Below are positions 19,495 to 28,013 of a stretch of 64,000 nt of DNA, piece by piece. The notes beneath the pieces are model-generated. The model had not been told where the DNA came from and did not search any database. It saw only the letters and a list, made by a program, of their open reading frames with translations. Position 1 is the first letter of the stretch. Every line of letters begins with the position of its first letter. This DNA comes from Nitrospirota bacterium (lineage in GTDB: Bacteria > Nitrospirota > Nitrospiria > Nitrospirales > NS-4), in assembly GCA_963788195.1 (NCBI GenBank), contig CAWBGA010000013.1, positions 402,254 to 466,253 on the forward strand, in the 5' to 3' direction. The translations under genes were made by a program, and so were the position numbers.

Positions 19495-20345
19495 TTCTTC
19501 GACGCGTTAACCTTTCGAGGCGCCGAGCCCTCTTCAAGGCGCCGTGCCCTGACAGCCGGCTTCTTTTCCTTGCCGGGGCCTCTTGCGAGGCTTGCTTTGA
19601 GCGCCTCCATAAGATCCACGACTTCGGCGGGCTGTTTTAAGGCTTCTGTGACGCTGATCTCTTGACCTGCGGCCTTTTGCGTGACGATCTCCATTACGCG
19701 GCCTCGATACTCATCGTGATACTGCTCGGGCTTAAACTCTTCGGTCGACAATTCGTCGATAAGGCGGGTTGCGAGACCAAGTTCGTTTTCTTTTACGGCA
19801 GCAGACCCCTTGTCAATCTCCGCAAAGTTTCTGATTTCATCCGAAAAATACATGAGATGGAGCATGAGCCCTTCCTGCGACGGCCGAATAAGGACCAGAT
19901 TTTCTTTGCCCCGCATCGCGAATTTGGCAAGGGCTACGCGGTTGGATTTGGCCATGGCCTCAGTAAGCAGACGGTATGGCTTCTCCCCCCCTTTGTCAGG
20001 CCCCAAGTAATAGGTTTTCTCGAAATAAATCGGATCGACTTTGGGTAGAGGCACGAACTCCAGGATATCGATGTTTTGGGATGCGGTGTGCTCTAGTGCT
20101 TCCAACTCCGCCTCAGTAAACTGCACATATTGGTTTCTTGCGAGCTCATACCCTCGCACCAAATCGTCCCGGGTCAGCACGATATTGCAGACCGGGCAGA
20201 CCTGCTGCTGCTTAATGCGATTTCCGCACTTCGCATGCATCAAATGAAAGGAGACGTTCTGAGAACTGGCCGCAGTATAGAGTTTAATCGGAATATTAAC
20301 GAGGCCAAACGAGATTGTGCCGGACTGGAGCACGCGTGGGGCCAT
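19491..20345 (-). CDS. ku: Non-homologous end-joining protein Ku
   Basis: SGTISFGLVNIPIKLY, DPIYFEKTYYL.P, KPY.LL, VVDLMEALKASL and a basic tail. Confidence 0.95.
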   Translation of the reverse strand: MAPRVLQSGTISFGLVNIPIKLYTAASSQNVSFHLMHAKCGNRIKQQQVCPVCNIVLTRDDLVRGYELARNQYVQFTEAELEALEHTASQNIDILEFVPLPKVDPIYFEKTYYLGPDKGGEKPYRLLTEAMAKSNRVALAKFAMRGKENLVLIRPSQEGLMLHLMYFSDEIRNFAEIDKGSAAVKENELGLATRLIDELSTEEFKPEQYHDEYRGRVMEIVTQKAAGQEISVTEALKQPAEVVDLMEALKASLARGPGKEKKPAVRARRLEEGSAPRKVNASKK

Positions 20346-20573
20346 GGCGATCCCTCCATTTCGCTAGTAGGCAAAATATTATAGCAAAATCATGCCGGAC
20401 CCCGCATCTAGACAAAAGTGCAGGGAAGGCAAAGCCGGTTAGTTCCTTTTAGGGCGTTTTTCCAACGCTAAAGCGATTGGACGGACTGGTTACCTCCTAC
20501 TTAGGGGGCATTTATCTCCCTCTAATTTTTCGTAAGACTAAGTAAGATTTACCTGCGCCGAGGTGACAAGAGA

Positions 20574-20912
20574 ATGGCAAGTCAGACTCTTCATGCTGGC
20601 AGCGGTTTCCGTCGCTATCTGGTTATCCTCGCGTTCTTTTGCCCTCTGTTCGCCTGTGAAACCGTGACGCAGGAAACATTGCGTGCAAACGTCTCAGACG
20701 CTGCAATCAATGCCGCAGTGAAATCCAAGATCATCGCTGATGCCGTGGTCAAGTCAGGAGAGGTGTCTGTGGAGACTATCCGGGGCCAGGTCTATTTACG
20801 GGGGGTCGTGCCCACTGCTGATGATAAGAGACGAGTGCAGGAGCTCGCGAACGAGGTGCCTGGCGCGCTTACCGTGAACAAGCTTGAAGTCCAGGAAATA
20901 CAACATCTGTGA
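20574..20912 (+). CDS. BON-domain lipoprotein
   Basis: Lipobox-like LFAC and DAAINAAVKSKI...VETIRGQVYLRGVV. Confidence 0.85.
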   Translation: MASQTLHAGSGFRRYLVILAFFCPLFACETVTQETLRANVSDAAINAAVKSKIIADAVVKSGEVSVETIRGQVYLRGVVPTADDKRRVQELANEVPGALTVNKLEVQEIQHL

Positions 20913-21376
20913 AAACCACCTTAATGCGCAAAGCCAACGATTTTGCCCAGTGCTTCGAAAGACATACGGAGCGGCGTTGGCGCACGGAACGGCTCTCTTT
21001 CTGGACGCTCCGGCCCGAATCGCCGCCTGAGCTTCGGGCTCTTGTTGCGGCTGCGCAGGCCGATTACTTTCGTGACCCCTGGCGGTACGATTTCATTGTC
21101 CAAGCACTCAATGTTATCGCCGTCGTCGACAATCCGGACGAGGTAGAGCTAGCCAATACCATATCAAACCTCGGTCTCCTAGAATGGTTTGCCTCCACGC
21201 CGTCACGGGCTGTCTACGTCGATAAAGCCGTTCACGAATATGGCCTGCCCGCAGGTGGAATCATGGACGCCATTCTTCTTGGGCAGGCGAGGGAAGAGGA
21301 AGAAGTCTACCAGATTGTGCTTGATGAATTACGGCAACTCACCGGAGAGTGTGCACAAACCTTGATGACTCAGTAG
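20909..21376 (+). CDS. Hypothetical protein
   Basis: GTGA overlap with the BON gene. Helical, with an acidic C-terminus. Confidence 0.65.
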   Translation: MKTTLMRKANDFAQCFERHTERRWRTERLSFWTLRPESPPELRALVAAAQADYFRDPWRYDFIVQALNVIAVVDNPDEVELANTISNLGLLEWFASTPSRAVYVDKAVHEYGLPAGGIMDAILLGQAREEEEVYQIVLDELRQLTGECAQTLMTQ

Positions 21377-21491
21377 CAGTATCTGACAGATTCTGGACTG
21401 GTAGCACTACCATTTCTATATCATTACCATTATCATTCCGTCAGTGATCCGATGATACACAGGCCAGGGCTTTAAGCCGAGGAGGACCGTC

Positions 21492-22088
21492 ATGAGGCTG
21501 AAAAAATCTGCCGGCAATGTCGCAGGAGCTGTCATCCTGGGCTTAATGATCGCAAGCTGCGCGACCGACGATGCCCGTGATGTGAAGGTAGGGGAAGGTG
21601 AAAGCACCGCACCTGCCAAAGTCTCGCCGGAGGAACGGCTCGAGCAGCAACGCCAACTGGAAGAGCGTCAACGGGATCAGCGGCAGCAGGATCGGCGCCA
21701 GCAGGATCTTGAACGGGCCCAGCATGCCCCTATGCAATCTGTGTACGCCTCCTTCAGCACTAAAGTGCCCATTGTCGTACAAGATTTAGAGAGGCGACCT
21801 GAAAGGACTGTGGCGCAAAGCGACAGGCAAACGGACTCCGGGCGGGTGGGTGCCATGGGCAAAGAACCCGAGGAACGCCGCAGCTCCGTTACCGGCGAAC
21901 TTCTGAGGATAGAAGGTGAGTACTTTGTGATTCGTGATACCACCGGACAAGAAGTACGGCTACAGGTCACGAATGATACAAAAATGGAGAATGCCGTCCA
22001 GGTAGGCGATAGAATCGAAGCACAAGTGTCGGGTGGAAATCACGCGGAGACGGTTCGGAGTGTGGCCAAACCCGGCGACAACTACTGA
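21492..22088 (+). CDS. Lipoprotein with C-terminal small beta-barrel-like domain
   Basis: GGAGGA RBS, lipobox IASC, and C-terminal VTGELLRIEGEYFVIRD...VGDRIEAQV. Confidence 0.75.
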   Translation: MRLKKSAGNVAGAVILGLMIASCATDDARDVKVGEGESTAPAKVSPEERLEQQRQLEERQRDQRQQDRRQQDLERAQHAPMQSVYASFSTKVPIVVQDLERRPERTVAQSDRQTDSGRVGAMGKEPEERRSSVTGELLRIEGEYFVIRDTTGQEVRLQVTNDTKMENAVQVGDRIEAQVSGGNHAETVRSVAKPGDNY

Positions 22089-22182
22089 AGGGTGCGACCG
22101 CCATACTCCGCGTGGTCTGTACCACGAGCACGTCTCACTGTCGTCTGATTCGCCCCGGCAAGGCTTGCCATCCGTTCTTGAG

Positions 22183-22557
22183 TCACTGTGCCGCCTGGTT
22201 TTTAATGTCCAAGGATCCATGCGAATCAATGATCCTTGCTGCTGTGGCTACCTGCTCTTCATCTACAGTGACGCAGACCAGAGTGCCTCCTCGGCGGACA
22301 GCCTCGGAGTAATACATGGCTCTTTTCTCTGGCATGCCCATCTCCATGAGATCGACAGCAACGCTTGATGGGGCTCCTGCCTCTTCGAAAGCCTCTGCTT
22401 CTTCTGATGCTGGCTGAAGGGCGCAGGTGGTTCTTTCAGTTGCCATTTCGGGAATCAGGCGAATGTCATCACGGCGAATAAAGTGGTCGACCAAGCCGTC
22501 GACAACGCTTTGCGCCCTCGAAGGGGTCGCAAATAGGCCCATGACTGTTTTGGCCAT
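22183..22557 (-). CDS. General stress protein-like (YflT/17M-like)
   Basis: MAKTVMGLF...A..VV..L and L..MGMPE..A.YY.EAVRRGG.LV.V. GGAGG RBS. Confidence 0.75.
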   Translation of the reverse strand: MAKTVMGLFATPSRAQSVVDGLVDHFIRRDDIRLIPEMATERTTCALQPASEEAEAFEEAGAPSSVAVDLMEMGMPEKRAMYYSEAVRRGGTLVCVTVDEEQVATAARIIDSHGSLDIKNQAAQ

Positions 22558-22765
22558 AGTGTGCCTCCTTCAATGCTGAGTCTTGCTTCCTTCAATGCTT
22601 AGTCTTGCCGTTTAACCTGCCTTGCATGATGCCACGCTAGCCGCGGTGATGCCTCCAAACAATAGATAAACCAGGTTCCGCGACGGTTAAAAAGTCCAGT
22701 TATGGTGCCCCTTTAATGGAACAACAAGAACCGATATGGGGGAAAGTTAAAGCTAGGGCAGCGCG

Positions 22766-23290
22766 TCAGAATCGCAAGCCGAAACTGAGCCCTGGTGCAA
22801 TCTGTGTGGACGTTCCGAGACCGGAGCGACTTTCACTAACGTCAAGTGAAAACATCGTGGTTAAGCTGTGCTTCGATCTTAAGGCGTACTCCATCCCTAC
22901 ACCGAGCGGAATCACCACAGAGGGTGCAGTCAAAGAAGACTGTAGTTGGAGAAGTGGATCGCGCTCGAGAAATCCCAGCCCGCTTTGAAGGAACAGTTTG
23001 TTCGAGCTTTCTGAATCTGGCAGATCCACCCACAGCCTCGTTTGAGCCGCATGCCACGTTTGAATAGGGTCCCGTGTGACCAGCAATGCTTCACCAACCG
23101 ACAGATTCGGCTTCAGAAATAAATCCTGGTTAACTTGCAGGTCGCTTGACATGAGCGGACGATCGAGAAGACCGGAGGTGCTTAACCCATCGGTGCCCGC
23201 GATCCCGGGGACAGGTGCTATGCATCCGATTATGAGTGAGACTGCCACGACAGCCCATTGTCTGGGCTTAGGGATTGAAGTCGGATTCAC
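22766..23290 (-). CDS. Exported hypothetical protein, possible outer-membrane beta-barrel
   Basis: Signal peptide, amphipathic strands, and C-terminal FGLRF. Confidence 0.6.
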   Translation of the reverse strand: MNPTSIPKPRQWAVVAVSLIIGCIAPVPGIAGTDGLSTSGLLDRPLMSSDLQVNQDLFLKPNLSVGEALLVTRDPIQTWHAAQTRLWVDLPDSESSNKLFLQSGLGFLERDPLLQLQSSLTAPSVVIPLGVGMEYALRSKHSLTTMFSLDVSESRSGLGTSTQIAPGLSFGLRF

Positions 23291-23408
23291 GAAGTACCCC
23301 TCACTGAAATTACCCTATTTTACGATGTCTTCCTTTGATCTGCAACCGTATATGCCGCCTCGGTGGCGGGTGCAATGGCTGCTCTTGCAGCGACAGCGAT
23401 CCTCTGTT

Positions 23409-24152
23409 ATGAAAGCACTGGCGATGAGCAGAATAAAACCTCTTAAAGAGTACGAGGCCAAGCGGCAATTCTCTAAAACGGAAGAACCGCCTCCCAAAAC
23501 GAAGAGTTCCGGAACGGGTACTCTTTTTGTTATCCAAAAGCACCGTGCCAGTCATCTGCATTACGATCTGCGGCTCGAAATGGATGGGGTATTAAAGTCA
23601 TGGGCAGTCCCTAAAGGTCCTTCGCTCGATCCCTCGGTACGGCGATTAGCTATGGCTGTCGAGGACCATCCACTCGATTATGCTGATTTCGAAGGTATTA
23701 TCCCTGAGGGAGAATATGGGGGCGGTACGGTTATGGTGTGGGATAGGGGTGCATATGTGCCCGAGACCAAGATGGAAGGTGGCCTCTCGAAGGGCGAGTT
23801 GAAATTCAGTCTGCAAGGAACCAAATTAAAAGGCTCATGGGTTTTGGTTCGCACGAGTGGGCGGCAATGGTTATTAATTAAACACCGGGATCAGTACGCC
23901 ACTACGGAAGATATTACGCTGTCGGCCCCACGATCCGTCGTGACGCAGCGTACACTGGCTGAAATTGCCGAAGATGAAGGTGGGAATATTGAAAAGGCGG
24001 CCACAGGAGATCCATCCGTGTTACCGCCCCCGGGTCGGTCGCAAGCGCCATGCGAAGACCAAGCCCGACCCGAAGTCCACAAGATCAATAGCCTAAAAAG
24101 CCCCAAGACGCGGACACGCCGAGGCTCTGCGCGCGATGTTGCTCAAGAATGA
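23409..24152 (+). CDS. Stand-alone LigD 3'-phosphoesterase domain protein
   Basis: FVIQKHRASHLHYDLRLEMDGVLKSWAVPKGPSLDP...EDHPLDY..FEG.IP.GEYGGG.V.VWD. No ligase or polymerase domain. Confidence 0.92.
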   Translation: MKALAMSRIKPLKEYEAKRQFSKTEEPPPKTKSSGTGTLFVIQKHRASHLHYDLRLEMDGVLKSWAVPKGPSLDPSVRRLAMAVEDHPLDYADFEGIIPEGEYGGGTVMVWDRGAYVPETKMEGGLSKGELKFSLQGTKLKGSWVLVRTSGRQWLLIKHRDQYATTEDITLSAPRSVVTQRTLAEIAEDEGGNIEKAATGDPSVLPPPGRSQAPCEDQARPEVHKINSLKSPKTRTRRGSARDVAQE

Positions 24153-24163
24153 AGAGGCTTAGG

Positions 24164-24457
24164 TCACGGCTCAATCTTGACGCCTTTCCAGAACGCAATA
24201 TAGCCGGTGATGGATTTAGCGGCTTCTTTGGGATCTGGATAGTACCAGGCCGCATCCTTATTTACGTGACCTGAGACGACAATGTTGTAATAGCTTGCAA
24301 GGCCTTTCCACGGACACGTCGTATGCGTGGGACTATCCTGAAAGTATTGGCGGTCGATCGACGTCGGCGGAAAGTAGTGATTGCCTTCAACAGTCTCTGT
24401 CTGATTGCTCTCCGCGAGGACGGCACCGTTCCAAGTAGCCTTGGCCATCGTGGTCAC
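24164..24457 (-). CDS. DUF427 family protein
   Basis: VLAES...VEGNHYFPP, TTCPWKGLASYY, AAWYYP.P. Confidence 0.92.
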   Translation of the reverse strand: MTTMAKATWNGAVLAESNQTETVEGNHYFPPTSIDRQYFQDSPTHTTCPWKGLASYYNIVVSGHVNKDAAWYYPDPKEAAKSITGYIAFWKGVKIEP

Positions 24458-24723
24458 TTCCCCTTTTCCGGATCCTTCGTTTTTTTCCCCACTTTATCAC
24501 CGATGTCTCTGATGCCCTGAGTGGCGCGGTGAATCCCTTTACTCGCTTCATTGCCTACTTCCCTGATCTTGTCTACGAGCGGAGAAGTGGATTGTGAACC
24601 CTTGTCGGCGGGCGCCGGGCCTGGCTTGTTGCCCCGCTTCGTGTTCGTCTCTGCAACGACGGCGGCAGCAATGCCAGACACCAGAGTGAAAATGATGAAG
24701 ATGCGGTACAAGCTTATCTTCAT
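24454..24723 (-). CDS. Small exported hypothetical protein
   Basis: Signal peptide. Overlaps the DUF427 start by 4 bp. Confidence 0.6.
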   Translation of the reverse strand: MKISLYRIFIIFTLVSGIAAAVVAETNTKRGNKPGPAPADKGSQSTSPLVDKIREVGNEASKGIHRATQGIRDIGDKVGKKTKDPEKGK

Positions 24724-24768
24724 GGTGAGATATTATAGCAGCACTCAATCACATTCACGAGATTGTCA

Positions 24769-24945
24769 CGGGCAAAGGAGTTTGTCTTGAAAACTCCAGG
24801 GTGGGCGGGTGTAAAGGGGCAAAGGAGTTTGTCCGACGGGACAAAAGCCTGTCTTGGCAGGCTTGGGGAGGGCGGGTGAAATGAAACTCCAGGGCAGGTG
24901 GGTGTAAAGGGGCAAAGAAGCTGTCTTGGCAGACTTCGGTGCTGG
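24769..24945. repeat. Dispersed repeat cluster (reverse orientation)
   Basis: Repeated GGGCAAAGGAGTTTGTC, AACTCCAGGG..GG.GGGTGTAAAGGGGCAAAG and CTGTCTTGGCAG modules. Confidence 0.9.
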
Positions 24946-24988
24946 GTCTGGTGTATTGTGCATCAAAGCGAAAATGGTATACTGCGGC

Positions 24989-25567
24989 ATGGATTTCCCC
25001 AAGGGACGGGTGAGCGGTCTGGTCTTCGTCCTGGCAGGGCTGCTTCTCTTTGTTGCAAGCTGCGGTCCCAAAGTCATCCCGAAAGAGTTGGAAGGACAGG
25101 TGGACCGCAACGTCTCGTTCCTTCAACTCAAAGAATCACCTCCTGCGTACAAGAGCCGGCTCGTTGTGCTTGGGGGAGAGGTGCTGTCCGCGAAACGCGG
25201 CACTGACAGCACTCGCATTGAAGTTCTCCAGATCCCCTTGAATTCCTCTTATGAGCCAGTGCAAGATCGCACCACATCGCTAGGGCGCTTTCTCGCTTTG
25301 CAAGAACAATTTCTTGATCCGGCGACGGTGCCGGTGGGGAGTCTAGTCACGGTCGTCGGGGAAGTGATAGGCGCGACGACGATGCCGATTGACGACATCC
25401 AATACACCTATCCCACTCTGAAGATACGTCATCTTCACGTCTGGGAGAACTTACCATCACGCTCCTATGGCCGGACCCCGATGTCGATCGGCATCGGGGG
25501 TGGAGTCGGCAGTGGCAGTGGAGGAGGGTTCGGCGGAGTTGGGATCGGCGGCGGTGTGGGTTTTTAG
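24989..25567 (+). CDS. Slp-family outer-membrane lipoprotein
   Basis: Lipobox VASC, VVLGGEVL, IEVLQIPL, GRFLA...FLDPA, VTVVGEV, and a Gly-rich tail. Confidence 0.85.
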   Translation: MDFPKGRVSGLVFVLAGLLLFVASCGPKVIPKELEGQVDRNVSFLQLKESPPAYKSRLVVLGGEVLSAKRGTDSTRIEVLQIPLNSSYEPVQDRTTSLGRFLALQEQFLDPATVPVGSLVTVVGEVIGATTMPIDDIQYTYPTLKIRHLHVWENLPSRSYGRTPMSIGIGGGVGSGSGGGFGGVGIGGGVGF

Positions 25568-25820
25568 AGCTGTTGGAAGTCTTCATTAATTACATGAATT
25601 ACATGTTTCACCTTGAGCTAAGATTTGGTAGAGTGCTGACATGACAACCACCCTATGGATAGGCGCCGGTCTTTTTACCGGTAGCGTCTTAATCGCATAT
25701 ATTGCCAGGAAATGGCAACGCCGGCAGAAGGCGAGCAAACTGGCCGATGTTCTTCTGTCCGACGTCTTGAAAGCCAAGGACTCGTATCGTCGCTAGCACC
25801 AGCCGTTTTCTGCGCGCTTA

Positions 25821-27134
25821 ATGCCGCTTGCGCCCTGGATCCACGGTGTTTTCCGCAAGCCAATCCTTCCCGTAGTATTCTTCTTCGGCGGCGTCAGCTT
25901 CGATGCCATTACGCTTACGCGGATTGATCGCCTCTCCGACAACCTTATTTTGCTGACCTATCTGGGCATGTTGGGTGTGTTGATTGTACTAATGGGGCGA
26001 ATCGACACAGCCCCAAACCCCACTACACCCAGCTCGCCATTGCATCCTCCCATCTCACCCGCCCGCCCCGAGGCTGCCAAGACAGCCGCTTTCCCCGCGT
26101 CACCCGCCCTCCCAGAGTTCGCCAAGACGGACTCTTCCTCCCACGGCCTGGAGGACTCGACCGCTTACAAAGAAAGGCAAGGGGTACCCCTGACAAACTC
26201 CTTTGCCCCTGGACAAGCTCCTTCCTCCCCTGAGGCCCCCCTGCTGCCTCCCGTCGCTGGTTTCGTCGCACGGACACGTGGGTACTATCCCATGGTGATA
26301 CAGTTCTTGCTCGGGGGCCTGTTCAGCGCCTATGCCGTGTATTATTCTCGCAGCGCATCCTTTACGAGCACTGCTCTTTTTCTCCTGTTAATGGTCGCGC
26401 TTCTCATCTGCAATGAGTTTCTTCGTGATCGGGTGTTCAATTTGAAGCTCATGCTGGCCTTATACGCCTTTGCCGCATGCAGCTTTTTGACCTTTTTCCT
26501 GCCGGTCATTACCGGAAGACTATCCACCGTACTCTTTCTCATTGGTGCTGTCTTAAGCGCCGTACTCACCGTGGCAATGGCCCGCCTCGTGTATCGCGGA
26601 AGCCGTATCCATTCTCCCGCCGAGCCGATAAAGACCGCCATCCCCGCGCTCCTCGTGGTTGGCGCAGTCATCGTTGCTTACTTCTTAAATTGGATTCCCC
26701 CCGTGCCGCTTTCGATGTCCTTCGGCGGCATGTACCATAAAGTGGTGCGATCAGACGACGCGTATGAGCTGACCTTCGAACGGCCCCCCTGGTACCAATT
26801 TGTGAAGCGATCGGATGACCCGTTTCGTGGGCTTGAGGGAGCACATTGCTTTACTGCCATTTTTGCGCCCGTTGATCTGAACGCCGAAATCTATCATCAC
26901 TGGCAGCATCGGCGAGGCGGAACGACGGGGCCATTTGGAACGACGGACCGCATCCGTCTCGCGATTGTTGGCGGCCGGAAGGGTGGCTACAGAGCGTTTA
27001 CAGTGAAACAGTTGGTCGCGCCCGGGGACTGGCGCGTAGATGTGGAAACCGCTGGAGGACGCATCATCGGCCGCGTTTCTTTTCGCGTGGAGGCCACAAC
27101 CGACCCCCTGGTTTTCACAACCATCGTGTATTGA
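25821..27134 (+). CDS. DUF2914-domain multi-TM membrane protein containing an in-frame repeat-derived insertion
   Basis: FF.GGV.FD.ITL.RID, QFLLGGLFSA, NWIPPVPLS, CFTAIFAP, GGR.GGYR, PGDWRVDVET..GR.IGR. Confidence 0.8.
   Translation: MPLAPWIHGVFRKPILPVVFFFGGVSFDAITLTRIDRLSDNLILLTYLGMLGVLIVLMGRIDTAPNPTTPSSPLHPPISPARPEAAKTAAFPASPALPEFAKTDSSSHGLEDSTAYKERQGVPLTNSFAPGQAPSSPEAPLLPPVAGFVARTRGYYPMVIQFLLGGLFSAYAVYYSRSASFTSTALFLLLMVALLICNEFLRDRVFNLKLMLALYAFAACSFLTFFLPVITGRLSTVLFLIGAVLSAVLTVAMARLVYRGSRIHSPAEPIKTAIPALLVVGAVIVAYFLNWIPPVPLSMSFGGMYHKVVRSDDAYELTFERPPWYQFVKRSDDPFRGLEGAHCFTAIFAPVDLNAEIYHHWQHRRGGTTGPFGTTDRIRLAIVGGRKGGYRAFTVKQLVAPGDWRVDVETAGGRIIGRVSFRVEATTDPLVFTTIVY
26045..26210. repeat. Dispersed repeat cluster inside the DUF2914 CDS
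   Basis: 26056-26087 is the exact reverse complement of 7620-7651. A second unit lies near 26101-26130, and GACAAACTCCTTTGCCCC matches the 24769 cluster. Confidence 0.9.
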
Positions 27135-27151
27135 TCAATGCAGTTCTTGCC

Positions 27152-27763
27152 TTATGGCAACATGAGGAGTCGCGCTTCCTGAAGCGTGCGAACCGGATGT
27201 GAGGGGCGATGATGAGAGACATGGGTGATTTGCGAAGAAGGGTAGAGGACCGTGTAGGGGCCTGAGCCGGCGATCTTGGCTTCCAGGTCAGCGATCGGCC
27301 CAAGGCTGCCATCGGGTTCGACGGTGCCCGTCAGCACAAGGTTTGGGGCAAGCGTTCGGCCTTCGAGCGCGGCCACGGTGCCGATGACGATCGCTCCTGA
27401 AAGCGATTCACCCGTGAAACGAAACATACCGCTAAATCCAATGTACACCGTGACGCCTTTCGCATCGTAGTTGAGCATTTTTAATCCGTTTTGAAGAGCA
27501 GTCACCAACCGGTCTTGGTAATTGCCATTGACCATGCCGGGTCGATGGTTAAGAATCACTCGAAGGGGTTCCTGAGTCTGAGCGCGCTCCGCTTGAATGA
27601 AGATTGCGGGAAGCACTTCGCCCTGCGTTACATTATCGTAAATGAAAACCCCGACGATCGGCACGACGACGACGGGCGCCAATGACTCGGCGTGCACGAG
27701 GCTCGCAGCCAGTATCACCACGACAGCCATCAGCAGCGTTCGACAGATTCGCGAGGCAATCAT
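27152..27763 (-). CDS. Exported Lon-protease (S16) proteolytic-domain-like protein
   Basis: Signal peptide. GESLSG (Ser) and LTGTVEPDGSLGPI...EAKI (Lys) resemble the Lon catalytic dyad. Confidence 0.7.
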   Translation of the reverse strand: MIASRICRTLLMAVVVILAASLVHAESLAPVVVVPIVGVFIYDNVTQGEVLPAIFIQAERAQTQEPLRVILNHRPGMVNGNYQDRLVTALQNGLKMLNYDAKGVTVYIGFSGMFRFTGESLSGAIVIGTVAALEGRTLAPNLVLTGTVEPDGSLGPIADLEAKIAGSGPYTVLYPSSQITHVSHHRPSHPVRTLQEARLLMLP

Positions 27764-28013
27764 CTTTTTTGTTCTCAAGTAATTGATAGTTGATGTGTTC
27801 TACAGGACTTGTCGGCCGGATCGGATGCCACTTGATCACCTGTGCGTATGCTCACAAATTCGTTGAATGTGCGGTTACATACCGACGGATTTATTGGATT
27901 AAAACAGCATCCGACATTTTCTTGGCATTCTTGAAGCTTTTGTCTATTGATGGCGTTACGGAGAGTTTGATACCCGTGACACAGCTTTGTACCCACCTTT
28001 GAAAGGAGCCAAT

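Noticed and set aside
20490..20550. Shared upstream motifs (CCTAC/TTAGGGG-like, ACTAAGTAAG; similar near 48065 and 62682)
   Set aside because: Too short and too few to separate from chance without genome-wide statistics.
23076..23408. N-terminal extension of the LigD phosphoesterase ORF
   Set aside because: It overlaps the opposite-strand gene 22766-23290. Family similarity starts only after ~23424.
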